This document shows positions 39,725-53,392 of a stretch of 64,000 nucleotides of DNA, one piece after another. The DNA comes from Octopus bimaculoides (Eukaryota), in NCBI RefSeq assembly GCF_001194135.2, contig NC_068988.1, positions 89,559,329-89,623,328 on the forward strand, written 5' to 3'. Both the position numbers and the translations under genes were made by a program. Each line of letters begins with the position of its first letter. The stretch's first letter is position 1. Below the pieces are notes generated by a model. It did not search any database. It worked only from the letters and a program-made list of their open reading frames with translations, and was not told where the DNA came from.

Positions 39725-40769
39725 TTCCGTTAATGTTTTGAAAATTAAAAAAAAAAATTCTAAATCAGTCAATCAATCAACCAATCAAAGAGAAAAATAT
39801 GTAATATTACAGAATTAAAAATTAAACGAAAATATTATCTATTAAAGTACAATAGAATCGAACTGGAAACATTGAGCACTTGAGAGTCAAACGATTTGTT
39901 GAAAATGTCATGTTTACAGGGTCAGGAAAATGGAAGATAAAATAAATTTTAGTTAATCGGTACGTGTGTGTATACCAGTGTGTTTATGTATAGGTGGATG
40001 TGTGTATGCGTATGCGTGCACGTGTGTACGTGTCCGTGTGTTGATGTGTACAGGCAGGGTGGAGATTTAATGTGGAATAAGGAGTGATTGGAAGAAACCA
40101 ATTTCGGCTGATGGATGTTGCAGGATATTTAATTAAAGAGGAAGCATTGAAGTGCCGTGGGTGTCAAAGAAAACTCATCCTTCACGTGGAATATCAAAGG
40201 CATCTTTAGTGTTTGTGTTACTAATGAACTGATAAAGTTGTCAAACCTTTTTATTATTATTCTTATTGTATTTTATTTTTATTTGTGGTTTTTTTTCTTT
40301 GTTTTCTTTGCATTTAATTTGTTTTCTCTTGTCTTTTAAATATTTTTTGTTTTAATTTTCCGGGATTCTAACTTCGGTCATGGTCGGTGTTGCTTAAAGA
40401 ATATGGATTTGTCTCTGACAAATTATACCTTTTGTATGAAATATTGATTTTGCGGCAGTGGTGATCCATTTAAAATGAACGGCAAGCTGCTGGATTGAGA
40501 GGGTTGGTGACCCGCATGCGATTCCGAACGGCAGAAGTCAAATTGCTCTCCTAAAATCCCTTGGAGAAGATAAAAGCACTCTGTACTCCTATGCTACCCA
40601 TTCCCTCCAATATAGTACCTCATTTCTCAAATGGTATTAAACAAGTAATCAAAAACTAATACAGATTGCAAGGCTGGTAGAGGTAATAATTTGCTGAATT
40701 GCTTTACAGATGTTCTACAGTTCGTTTCTCGACGGTACCACTATAACTTCTTTACTCGATACTTGTACC

Positions 40770-41495
40770 ATGGTTAAGGCGGCGAACTGGCAGAATTGCT
40801 AGCACGTCAAGCAAAACATTTAGTGGTCTTTCGTCTGACTTTACCTTCTGAGTTCGAAATTCACCGAAGTTGATTTTGCCGTCATCCTTTCGGGGTCGAC
40901 AATATAAGTACCAGTTTAACACTTGAGTCGATGAAATCGACTTAGCCACTCCCCGAAACCTGCTGGCCTTGTGCAAAAATCTGAAACCTCTATTTCTAGC
41001 AAGATTAATGCAGCAAGCTGGACGAATCGTTAACCCGTCAGGCAAAATATTTAGAGGTATTTTGTCTGTCTTTGCGTTCAGAGTTCAAATTCCACCGAGG
41101 ATGAGTTTGCTTTCATTATTTCAGGATTGATAAAATAAGTGCCAGTCAAACATTGGGGTCGAGCTGATCGACTTTTGCAGGCCTTGAGCCAAAATTTGAA
41201 ACCAATATTTCTAGCCTAGCATGGTTAAAGTTGCAAGCTGGCAGAATGATTAGCACGCCGGACAAAATGTTTAGGGGCATTTCCTCAGTGTTCAGAATCT
41301 GAGTTCATATTCCACCAACTTCGACTTTGTATTTCACCCTTTCGAGGTTGATAAATTAAGTGCCAGTTGAAAGCTGGGGTCGATGTAATCGATTTAGCTC
41401 CTTCCTTCCATCTCCTGATCTTGTGCCAATATGTGAAACTATTTCTGCCACGGTTAAGGTGGCGAGTTCGTAGGACTGCTACCCCATCGGGGAAA
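40770..41495 (+). mobile_element. Tandem array of 3 full plus 1 partial SINE family A units
   Basis: Units start near 40770, 41007, 41221 and 41451. The first three have a GGTTAAGGCGGCGAACTGGCAGAAT-like head, GAGTTC(G/A)AAT B-box and CTTGTGC(C/A)AAA tail; the fourth is head only. Confidence 0.85.
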
Positions 41496-41654
41496 AAAAA
41501 TAGCCCTTTAAACTGATTTGGTGTATTTGCACCTATTTGTCAACAGAGAGAAAGTATCTCTATAACAAAATACTGTGAATGTTATTTTTATGTTCTTATG
41601 GGATGGAATTTGCCTCAAGCACATTTGATGCAACAATATTGCGCTTCGATGTCA

Positions 41655-41656
<2 letters not shown>

Positions 41657-41722
<66 letters not shown>

Positions 41723-41770
41723 CGTATGTGTGTGTCTGTGTGTGTGTCTGTGTGTGTGTGTGTGTGTGTG
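41657..41770. repeat. (TG)n microsatellite (many others, e.g. 2320-2406, 25166-25204, 28436-28477, 56795-56835)
   Basis: Directly visible. Confidence 0.97.
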
Positions 41771-42867
41771 TACATACAGTAATCTTTCGACATATCGCGG
41801 CTGACCTGTCGCGGTTTATTATTTAGTCTTATGTCGATCTTTCAGTGGTGTTATACTAAAACAAAATGTTTTTTTAAAAAGATATATATATAACATAAGC
41901 CAATAAAAATGCTATACTAAGATATATAAAAATGAAACAAGTTAATATGAAACGAAAATAAATAAAATATAATAGAATGGAATTGTTAAATAAATAGTTA
42001 TAATCAGGATATTAATTGATTAATAATACTACATAGAAAAAAGCATAAGTATACCGAGTTATAATAGAGATAAAATAGAATTAAAATTATCACAAGAAAT
42101 AGGTTAGAAAATATGTTTAAAATACAACGAAGAACAAGAATTGAGGTATGATAGTAACAGATCATAGAGGGTATATCTTATAATTAGGGGACTCATTAGG
42201 AAGAAAATGGCATATTTATATTAACGGTGATAGTATAGATTTACCACTGAGATAGGGTAGGTATATATTATGATTATTAAGAATTAATACATCGAAGGAG
42301 TCGAGAAGAATACTTATTTAGTAAAAAAAAAATATATATATGGGGTCACCACCCTCATTCACCCCATTGCAGTCTACCCTATGCTAACTTCTGGCTTGTC
42401 TGTCGCTGTACTGTCCTTTCTTCATTCTTCCCCAAAATTTAGCTGCGGTATCATTTATCTCTTTATTACCCACTAGGGGCCAAGAAGTAGCGGTATCATT
42501 GTAAATACTTGATCTCTGTTGATGATAGGAATATGTTTAAATATCTAACTTGCCGTTTATGCTGAGGTATATGCGGTCATTTGATAAGAACGGTTTTCTT
42601 TGTAATGACGTAATGCATTCATTGATGAATTAAAGGAGTCGCTCAAAACGGCTATAATGAATTGACACACATCTCTGTTACTAATTTNNNNNNNNNNNNN
42701 NNNNNNNNNNNNNNNNNNNNNNNNNNNNNNNNNNNNNNNNNNNNNNNNNNNNNNNNNNNNNNNNNNNNNNNNNNNNNNNNNNNNNNNNNNNNNNNNNNNN
42801 NNNNNNNNNNNNNNNNNNNNNATATATATGCATGTATATATGTATGTACATAAGTATATAATATAAT

Positions 42868-43070
42868 CTTTTATCTTTTACTTGTTTCAGTCATTAGACT
42901 GCAGTCATGCTGGTGCACAACTTTCAGGAATTCATAGTCGAATGAATCGAACTTAGGAAGATTTTGTAAGCATGGTACTTATTCTGTCAGTCTCTCAGGC
43001 CGAACGGCTCAAGTGCGGCTACGTAAACACACTGACATCGGTTGGTAAGCGGAGATAAACACAGACACAA
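42868..43070 (-). mobile_element. SINE family B 3' half
   Basis: CTTTTACTTGTTTCAGTCATTAGACTGCAGTCATGCTGG...GGTACTTATTCTGTC...ACGTAAACAC. Confidence 0.75.
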
Positions 43071-43679
43071 TGTTTATATGTATGTATGTATATCAACTTT
43101 ACATCTGGTAAGTATTCCTGTACATTCAATGGGCAGCTGTGAGTCAAAGATGACCTGAAATAATTGTCCAAGATTCCTAATGAAGTAACTAAGTATTTTA
43201 TGAAAATCTCCTATGTTCTTTTGCTTCCAGATGTGTCTCTATATGTCGTGAGGTAATGTCTGTGAGTAGATTCGTGTCTATTCACGCTTTCATGTTTCCT
43301 TCTATTGTATCTTCTCTACGAGTAATTAATATTTTAAATGGTAGATACGTTAAATATCCAAGTCTTCTCAATCTAAAATTGAACTCTCTTAAGTACATTT
43401 AAAATATAAGAAACAGAGACTTAAGACTATGCTTTGACACTTATCAGAGAAATTATTCTAATGTACTTAAATGAATTATTACATATGCATAGATGTAAAG
43501 AGATGCGGAAAAAGACATAAATGAACTAATTCGGAGCAGTACATAAACATAAATGTGAGGATAAAGAAACACATACACACACTCGCACGAACACACAAAC
43601 AAGCACACACTCACGCACGTACATATGGCTACGTACGTGCGTATATGTGAATCTACACGAGTGGGTGGTCAAAAGTATT

Positions 43680-43870
43680 TCACTTCAAGGGTGTTGCAAA
43701 AAGACTGGTTGCAGGCCCAGCCTTCTGAGTTTCTTTACAAGACTTTAAAAAACTGAAGAACCGTTGCAATAAATGAGTGAATCTGAGAGGGTAATATGTT
43801 GAATAAAATCATAATTAACTGATCATTCTCTATTTTCTTTTATCCAAATCCAGGAACATTTCAGCACCAC
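43680..43870 (+). mobile_element. mariner 3' end remnant
   Basis: DWLQAQPSEFL, then KKLKNRCNK*VNLRG*YVE*, resembling the mariner C-terminus (KL..RW.KCV..G.YVE). TIR-like GGAACATTTCAGCACCACG follows. Confidence 0.55.
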
Positions 43871-44269
43871 GTTGTGTGTCTGTGCGTGTATTATAATTTC
43901 GTATATATATATATATATATATATNNNNNNNNNNNNNNNNNNNNNNNNNNNNNNNNNNNNNNNNNNNNNNNNNNNNNNNNNNNNNNNNNNNNNNNNNNNN
44001 NNNNNNNNNNNNNNNNNNNNNNNNNNNNNNNNNNNNNNNNNNNNNNNNNNNNNNNNNNNNNNNNNNNNNNNNNNNNNNNNNNNNNNNNNNNNNNNNNNNN
44101 NNNNNNNNNNNNNNNNNNNNNNNNNNNNNNNNNNNNNNNNNNNNNNNNNNNNNNNNNNNNNNNNNNNNNNNNNNNNNNNNNNNNNNNNNNNNNNNNNNNN
44201 NNNNNNNNNNNNNNNNNNNNNNNNNNNNNNNNNNNNNNNNNNNNNNNNNNNNNNNNNNNNNNNNNNNNN

Positions 44270-45361
44270 AATTCATTAAAATGACAGATCTATCGGACTT
44301 TCAAAGAGGTCAAATTGTTGGTGCTCGTATAGCAGGCGCTAACTGAATGAAAACAGCCGCCTTGTTTGGTGTATCAAGAAGTACTGTCTGGAAAGTAACG
44401 ACAGACTTTCAGAAAGAGAGAAAACCATCCACGTCGAATCAAAACTCCGGAAGAAAACCAAAGCTTTCAGATAGGGACTGTCGGACCCATACATGAATTG
44501 TTAAAAAGGATCACAAAAGCACAGCTCCCAAATTACTGCAGAGCTTAATGACCACTTCGATAACTCAGTTTCCACAAACGCTGTTCGCTGGGAGCTACAA
44601 AAAGCCGGATTTCACGGGAGTGCTGCAATCAGAAAACCACTATTTTCAAAAACAAGCGCTGCAAAGTGGAGTAAAAATCTACAGAATTGGTCCTTAGAGC
44701 AGTGGAAGAATGTTGTTTTCTTGGACAAGTCATCCTATACCTTATTTCCGACCACCGGCCGACTATACGTGTGGAGACAGCCAAAAGAAGCATTTGAGTC
44801 AGATTGCCTTCTTCCAACTGTTAAACATGGAGAAGAATCTGTGATGATCTAAGGGGCTATATCCTGGAAATCCGCTGGCCCAATGGTTTCTCTTCATAGA
44901 AGAATTCATAATCAAGAAGACTATTTAAGCATTTTATCTGATCAAATTCATCATATGGCTGCGTAAATGATTCTGGAGTGAAACACAGTCTTTCAGGATG
45001 ATGCACCAATTGACACAGCTAAAGTTGTTACTGAATTGCACGAGGAACATTCTAGTGAAGTTGAACATCTTATCTGGCCACCAAAGTCCCCAGATCTCAA
45101 TTTTATTGAGCATTTATGATGCATTTTAGAAACACAATTAAGGAGTTTATATCCTCCACCATCCACTATCATCTCTACAAGTTCTGGAGACTGTTTTCGC
45201 TGAAGAATGGACAAAAATTCCTTTGGAAACAATTCAATCTTTGTACGTGTCCATACTTCGTACAATTGAAGCTGTAATTACTGCCAAAGTTGGTCCTACC
45301 CCACATTACAATACATTTGCTTGAAATTTTAAGATGCTTCCATTATTTTGTCCAACCCCTG
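44270..45361 (+). mobile_element. Tc1-family transposon, transposase pseudogene with right TIR
   Basis: From ATG 44281: MTDLSDFQRGQIVGARIAGAN*MKTAALFGVSRSTVWK...SGRKPKLSDRD...WKNVVFLDKSS...PTVKHG...VFQDDAPID...WPPKSPDLNFIE. Ends CCATTATTTTGTCCAACCCCTG followed by TA (45362-45363). The left end is in the N gap. Confidence 0.93.
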
Positions 45362-45400
45362 TATATACATATATGTATGTACATATTTATGTATAAGTAT

Positions 45401-45448
<48 letters not shown>

Positions 45449-46917
45449 NNNNNNNNNNGAGAGAGAGAGAGAGAGAGAGAGATGAAGCGTGTTGTCAAGT
45501 GAGATTTCTGTATTGTGAAGCGTTTGTTTTGTAGTAATTTACAATCAAATAAATCTAGTGTATTAAAGATCCTAGAATCAAGAATATGAGAAACATTGTA
45601 AGAATTTGCATTGTAAATTGTCATTTATAATCTAACGCCAGCGTGACTTGTAAAGATTTTCTCCGTCAGGAATTGGCTCTTATGATATTCAATAATCTGT
45701 GTTAGCGATGTGATTGTAATATTGTACTGACGTAATGTATGGTAGATTTGGTAATAAATGTATTTCGATAATAACACAAATAATATAATATGTAAGTGAC
45801 ATGAAATCTAAGAAGTTTAATGATAAATCAAAGAAATATTAATATTAAAGAGATTCGTTGATGAAGGAGAAGGTGGTGTAGAAGATGGAGTGAACGGGAA
45901 AGTGAAAAGTAATCAATGAATATAGAAAGTTAAATATATATAAGGAAATGAAATCAAATTAATATATAAAATTTAATGAAATTACGCACTGAACAAAAAA
46001 TAGGGCTGGCAGAGAAAAATGTAAAACATGGGCGGGAATAACACAATATGTTGTACTGAAAGTGCTAAATAAATATATACGAGAATTTTATGATGAAGAT
46101 AAAATTAGAAGAAAGAGAAAATATTTGATGGGGATTGAAACAGGGTTTTGAATAAATATGAATTAATTGAAAAGAGATTAAAGAGATTAAATATAATGGG
46201 AATATGAAGATGAATAGGAGTGATAGGAGTGTCATTAGAACGCTATGGAGGCAGTATGATTCGAGATTGAGTTGGATAATGGTGAGGTATGTAACTAGAA
46301 GTACTGAAGTGTTGTCAGGAGTAAATTTTTAAAGTATTAAAACGAAAAAGAAAGAATTGTTGAATTTTTAATAAATTGGTGAATGAATAAAGAAAAAAAA
46401 TGTAATATAAAGCAAAACTAAAGATAGATTAAATATTGCAATGATGTGAATACAATTATAAAAGGGGAATGAGTGAATAGAAAAACATAACTATATCAAA
46501 TAAAACTTGATAAAATAATATAAGGGCAGTTCTTATAACAAGGGGAATGTAAGTATGAAGAGAGTAAGTGGTATAAATGATGAGTTGTTCTGATTAGAGT
46601 GATGGGAGATGATGAAAGTGCTTGAATTAAAGAATGAAACTATAGATTTCAATACAGAGGCAAAAGGTATAGGAATATAGATTTCAGATTTAACTATCAT
46701 GGTTAAACTACAAACTCAATTTAACAAGATTCAATTACATGTGCAGACAATAGAGGAGGTTAGAATCGGGTTTAAATAGTCTAATCGTCGATCAATAATA
46801 CTAGATATTATGTACAAGAGGAATTATACCATTATTTTAAAGACGAAGATACTACAATAAGTGCAATGTATATTTCAAGCGTACAATAATTGTATAATTA
46901 AAATAGTCCACATTAAC

Positions 46918-47094
46918 AGGTTAAGGTAGTTAGTTAGCAGAATCGTTAGCACGCCGGACAAGATGCTTCCCGGCATGTTGTCCCTCTCTCGTTCTGAGTT
47001 GAAATTCCACCGAAACTGGCGTTGTCATTCCTCTTTTCGGGGTCGGTAAAATAAGTACCAGTTAAGCTCCCTTGTGTCAAAATTTGAAGCCAAT
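46918..47094 (+). mobile_element. SINE family A
   Basis: GCAGAATCGTTAGCACGCCGGACAAGATGCTT...GTTCTGAGTTGAAATTCCACCG...CGGGGTCGGTAAAATAAGTACCAG. Confidence 0.8.
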
Positions 47095-48239
47095 AAAATA
47101 TAACCGGGAATAAGACTAATAATTTAGAGTCGTTTATAAGAGCGATGTGGTACAAAAGTTTAAACCTAACTTATAGAAGAAGTCGCTACTCAGATTTACT
47201 TCGCATATGCCAGACTAGATAGAGGTTCACTTTTTTTACCAATATCTTGTTCCATTGATTAGATTGTGGTTATTTTAGGACAATGGTTTGCATAGAAAGC
47301 ATGTATAAAGTTGTTTATAGTAGTGAGAGAAAGTAACTTGTCCACAGAAAATACATCAGAGTTATATAGCAACGGATCTGTTACACATTTAGCAGTAGAT
47401 TGAAAGTTTTTTCTAATATTTGCAACATCGTTACTTCCTAAAATTACAATGTGCAACATTATTTTAAAGGTTCAACGATATTTCCAGTATGTTTAAAAGA
47501 AAAAAAGAAGGTATTTCAAGTTAGGGTAAACAGAAAATATGAAATCGCGTCCGAGTGCAGACTGATGATGAAAAAACACTCCTTTTAAAGGAACGTCAAA
47601 GAGTGACGAAGTAAGAACCTTCACTATATTCATCGCCTAAATCAATGGCTACAGACATATAGCAATATCAGACGGTACAACATACAATACATGGTTCACA
47701 TGACTTATACAGCTTCCTTCAAATATTCGTTCACTATAAAACTCACAGAAAAGCGGATGCGTTTTGTAAATTATCTTATTGTTTATGTAACAGCTGCACA
47801 TCAGTCATTTTATATCTGGCAAATTAGACTATATTTACACTTTGAAAATCGAACAATTCAAAGACTTTAACCATTGTTCTCTGAATTCCCAAATAATTTC
47901 CTCTATAGTTCATTTTGACTATTGGCGAGATATTTTTCGTATGAATACTCAGTCTGAAATGTGAAGAAGCCCTGTTCACAACTAGTTTCTGCTGACTCCA
48001 ATTGCATGGCATATTTTGATAGGTGTATCGAAAATAAGAAACTATTTTTTTGAGATACAAATTCGGATAACCGGTGATGGTTGACTCTTTGGTATATCTA
48101 TTTGCACCAAATGTCCTGGCTGGAAATACGAAGAATACTATTGCTTCGGTCTAACGGTTACTACAGACGTGTAAAATTAAGCAGATACATACTTCAATTT
48201 CTGAAGGCAGTAATGTGAAATCTTAACATCGCCCATGTA

Positions 48240-48283
<44 letters not shown>

Positions 48284-48565
48284 NNNNNNNNNNNNNNNNN
48301 NNNNNNNNNNNNNNNNNNNNNNNNNNNNNNNNNNNNNNNNNNNNNNNNNNNNNNNNNNNNNNNNNNNNNNNNNNNNNNNNNNNNNNNNNNNNNNNNNNNN
48401 NNNNNNNNNNNNNNNNNNNNNNNNNNNNNNNNNNNNNNNNNNNNNNNNNNNNNNNNNNNNNNNNNNNNNNNNNNNNNNNNNNNNNNNNNNNNNNNNNNNN
48501 NNNNNNNNNNNNNNNNNNNNNNNNNNNNNNNNNNNNNNNNNNNNNNCATGTGCGAGTTGTTTGCA

Positions 48566-48606
<41 letters not shown>

Positions 48607-50073
48607 TGCACAGCATTTATATACATGTGTACGTGTGTCTATGTAAATACAGACGAATATTTTGTGATAAAGGTTACTTTCACTTCGAAAAATGTATGTA
48701 ATAGAAACAATCCTAGTGCAATTTTGTGTATAAAGGCATAAGATCTACGTTTGTATCTCTTATTAAATGCTACTTGTAAAAGTAGTATGTCACAACTGAA
48801 CCCTAGATTACCGAATCGGTACTCTAAAGCCTGAAAAGGACGGACTTCTGTTAGAGGCCCACAAAATATTAAATGTGTGTTGAGTACGCTTTTACTTTGT
48901 CCACTCCTTTGCATATATATTCATACATACATAAACATATATACTTACACACACACTCACAAATATACATACCTACATACAAGCGGGTAGGGTGTGTGTG
49001 CGCACGCGCATGAATGTGTTTAAATCGTGAGATTGCAATAGATGATCAAAATAAGTAAAGTCAGAGTTTGACAAATATATGGCATATCCACCGAGAGAAA
49101 GGTAAAAAAATTAGACAAAACAAGAGCAAGATGAAAGAGTAAGTTAAATCATTAAGATGAATGTTTTTGTCGTAAATAGAAAGCAGAAGACCTCAAATTT
49201 GGTTTCAATTCTAGCATTCTCTTATACAGCCGATCGATTATCTTCCTATTATATATTCGGTTCAACACTGCATATATATTATTTATTCTATTCTCCTTTA
49301 AGCATCTTTTCAGATCACGAAAATGCAGGTCTTCTTCGGGTAATCATTATAAACCATTATATTCCTGCTGCTTTAACCAATATTGATTTCCATTTTGTTT
49401 CGCCATGCAATTTTTTAAACGTCTTTTTTTTTTGTTCCGTTATTTTTATGTGCTATTATTGTTTCCAATGTCGTCTTTTCTTTCTTGTTTGTCCCTCTTG
49501 TATGTGAGTGTTTGAACCGCATGTGTGCGTGTGTGTATGTGGGTATATATGCTGTATGGGTGTGTATGTGTTTGTAAGCGCGTGTGTCTCAGTCTTTCGC
49601 TACAAAATTGCAGTTATCGAATCTCCTTTATCTTACTGAATTATTCTGGTATGATTACACTATATCAAGTAGTTGCACTTTTGTACAATACATACATACT
49701 TAAAAACAGCACATGCACGCATGCGCATAAAAACCGGTAGAAAACTACACAAAGATATCCATATGCATACGTGTGAATGCATAAAAAAACACATTGTCTA
49801 AAAGTACTTTGAGGTATATGCGTGTGTATACATATCTGTATATATACGTATGTATGTACGTATAAGTGCATGCCTATTCGTGTGTATGCGTGTGTATAGA
49901 TATGTATGTATATGTATCACTATGTATGAGGTGATATATATACATATATATATATATATATNNNNNNNNNNTAATCCTGAAAATACTATCTATATAACGC
50001 ATGCACTCTTTTTTTACCTACGCACGCACACAGACACACATACACACACGCACACACGCACACACACACACAT

Positions 50074-50120
<47 letters not shown>

Positions 50121-52668
50121 CATATCTACTCCATAGAAGTAAGAGATGCTGGTATATTCATATAATTTTATCATCAGGGAACCATATTACAAATGCAAGA
50201 CTTGTGCTGAATGCTAAGTTTACGTAGGAGGAATAATACTATATAACTAAGTTAAATGACCGTTAGAAACAAAGAAGGCTAGTTTACAGGGAGCTGTTTA
50301 GGGAGAGAGGCTATGAACGCTATACTAAGACTTTAAATTAAAATAAGACATAATGAACAGCAGAAAATTCTTAAAGCTAATAATAATGGTAATAAAAATT
50401 TATTGTAATTGGAAAGAGAAAGGGAGAGAATCCGATGAATTTATGTAAAGAGTAAATTTTTTATACGACTAATTATGTAAATAAACGTTTATAAGGAAGC
50501 AAAATTAAAGACGGATTGTAAATATAATTAACCATTAATGTTGTATGATATTAAGTTACGGTAATTAACCTAAATACATGGCAATATACGGTACAAAACT
50601 ATAAAGTAATGAAATAATAAGAATAAACATACGTACGATAACAAAATCGATAGTATATACGTAAAAATACTTAAAACTCTACGAATATAACTTTACGGGG
50701 GTTAAACTTGCTGAACTAAGAAGGAGAGAGAGTGTGAACAACTGGCGTTGGAGTTAGATATATTTGTTATTTTAGATAATGCTTTAATGCCATTCTCATT
50801 GTTGTTAGTATTATTAGTATAAATATAAGAATATAAAAAAATAAATTTATTATTATTACTATTATTGTTATTAATATATGCTATAATAAAATATTTACTA
50901 CTATTAATAAATAAGTAAATTAATAAATGAATAAATACACAATTAAAAAACAATTCTAATAATAGAAAAAAAACTATGTGGGTAGGTAGTGGGAGCAGTA
51001 TGATGGACAAATGGATGTCAATAAAAAATTGATATTAAAGTTATGTTCCAATGCGTACGATGCAGTGACGGTGCATTAAAATATTTGGTTACAAAGGTTG
51101 GAAACAAAAATTACGAAATTATAATTAACTAAAATATATTTAAGTGTAATTTTAGATCCAATGGATAAAAAATCTACAAAGCGAGTTGATAAGAATAATA
51201 ATAATATTAAGAGGACCATCAAGCAATAACGAAAACTTGTAGGGATGGACCAAATGGGTAAATAGAGGTAACTAGATGAGATCTATTGTCTAAAGTTTAA
51301 TAAAAATAAATACAAACTGGGGTGATATTTCATACCACACGTAAAGTGGCTGTTAACTAGTGAGTATGTTGGCAGGCGAAAAAATAACTAGAATTAGTAA
51401 AAAAGGATGAAATTAATGAAACGAACTGAAGGTTTCCTCTAATGCTGGCATCTGTATGCTCTCTGTGTTATCTGGTTCACTAAATTATTCTTGGAGAACA
51501 GAATGTGGAATAGATCCAAATTACAGAGTGGACAAAAATTTTCTCTGAGGGTATTGAGGTAGCCAGTATTGACCATTCTAAAGAGAATTGTTTATTGCAG
51601 TCCTTAAGTTTCCAGATCAACTTACTAAGAACGATACTATTATTTTTATTCCTATCCCTAAAGGTTAAACTTGCTGTACCAGCTAGGGAAGGAGAGAGAA
51701 TGTGAACAACTGGCGTTGGAGTTAGATATAATTGTTATTTTAGATAATACTATAATGTTATAGTAATGGTGAGAGATTCTCCTAGAGACCTGCGACGAAG
51801 AGCAACCTATGTAATGCGAGACCTCTGTGTTAGTCGCGGAGTAGAGTGCATATAATTATTGAAACATATGTAGGAATTAATTTTGAAAGATATGTAGGAA
51901 TTAAAGGAACTTATTGATTATATACGTTTTGCTCCATTTATTATTATTCTTTATATCAACTCTAAATACATCACTTTAACATGGAATGTCTACCCCTTAA
52001 CCGGGTATAATATCCCAGTTTTTTGTATGATTTTTGCTACCCTGGTAACTATTCACATATTTACATTATCGAAGTTTTTCAACTAAGATAATATTAATAC
52101 ACACACACACACACACACACACATACACACACACATACACACACACACACACACACNNNNNNNNNNNNNNNNNNNNNNNNNNNNNNNNNNNNNNNNNNNN
52201 NNNNNNNNNNNNNNNNNNNNNNNNNNNNNNNNNNNNNNNNNNNNNNNNNNNNNNNNNNNNNNNNNNNNNNNNNNNNNNNNNNNNNNNNNNNNNNNNNNNN
52301 NNNNNNNNNNNNNNNNNNNNNNNNNNNNNNNNNNNNNNNNNNNNNNNNNNNNNNNNNNNNNNNNNNNNNNNNNNNNNNNNNNNNNNNNNNNNNNNNNNNN
52401 NNNNNNNNNNNNNNNNNNNNNNNNNNNNNNNNNNNNNNNNNNNNNNNNNNNNNNNNNNNNNNNNNNNNNNNNNNNNNNNNNNNNNNNNNNNNNNNNNNNN
52501 NNNNNNNNNNNNNNNNNNNNNNNNNNNNNNNNNNNNNNNNNNNNNNNNNNNNNNNNNNNNNNNNNNNNNNNNNNNNNNNNNNNNNNNNNNNNNNNNNNNN
52601 NNNNNNNNNNNNNNNNNNNNNNNNNNNNNATATACAGAGAGAGGGGGATAAATAGCTAGCTAGCTAGT

Positions 52669-52725
<57 letters not shown>

Positions 52726-53154
52726 GTATATGAATGGTATTGTTTTATTGTTTTGCATCATTGGACTGCCATGCTCCCGCATGATTTTGAACAACTCAGA
52801 CTATTGTATCATCCACGTTTCAGATTTGAATTTAGCATGTTTTATTGTCTCTATTTACCAATAGACTAAATGTAACGAAGGCCGTAACATAATCAACGCC
52901 AGTTTGAGGAATTTGTAAACATATGTATAGAAAATAGCTAGCATGTTATGACAATTAATACGGTGTCTATTGGTGGTAAAAGTAAACACACCGTTTAAGA
53001 TTTTCCACTCTTTCAATGCTGTACATTAACGTGTATATATATAGCTATATAGAATAAGTAGAAAGATAAATTGTATTTAACGCGTAGATACTGAACAGTA
53101 TAGATAAAAAGGATAAAATCGTTATATTCATCATTACTTAAATATTTAATAGTG

Positions 53155-53225
<71 letters not shown>

Positions 53226-53392
53226 NNNNNNNNNNNNNNNNNNNNNNNNNNNNNNNNNNNNNNNNNNNNNNNNNNNNNNNNNNNNNNNNTTGTGTGTGGG
53301 TGTATGTGTAACATTCTTCGAGGCAATGTCCTTTGCATGGTTACAGTCTGATGACTGGGACAGTAAAAGATATATGTTAGACATTTATCCAT

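Noticed and set aside
40770-41495. CRISPR-like repeat-spacer appearance
   Set aside because: Units are ~220-bp diverged SINEs in eukaryotic DNA; there are no short identical repeats or cas genes.
47259-47459. VILGSNDV resembling SGNH esterase block III (LINE ORF1 type)
   Set aside because: It is a single short motif with no other SGNH blocks; chance is likely.
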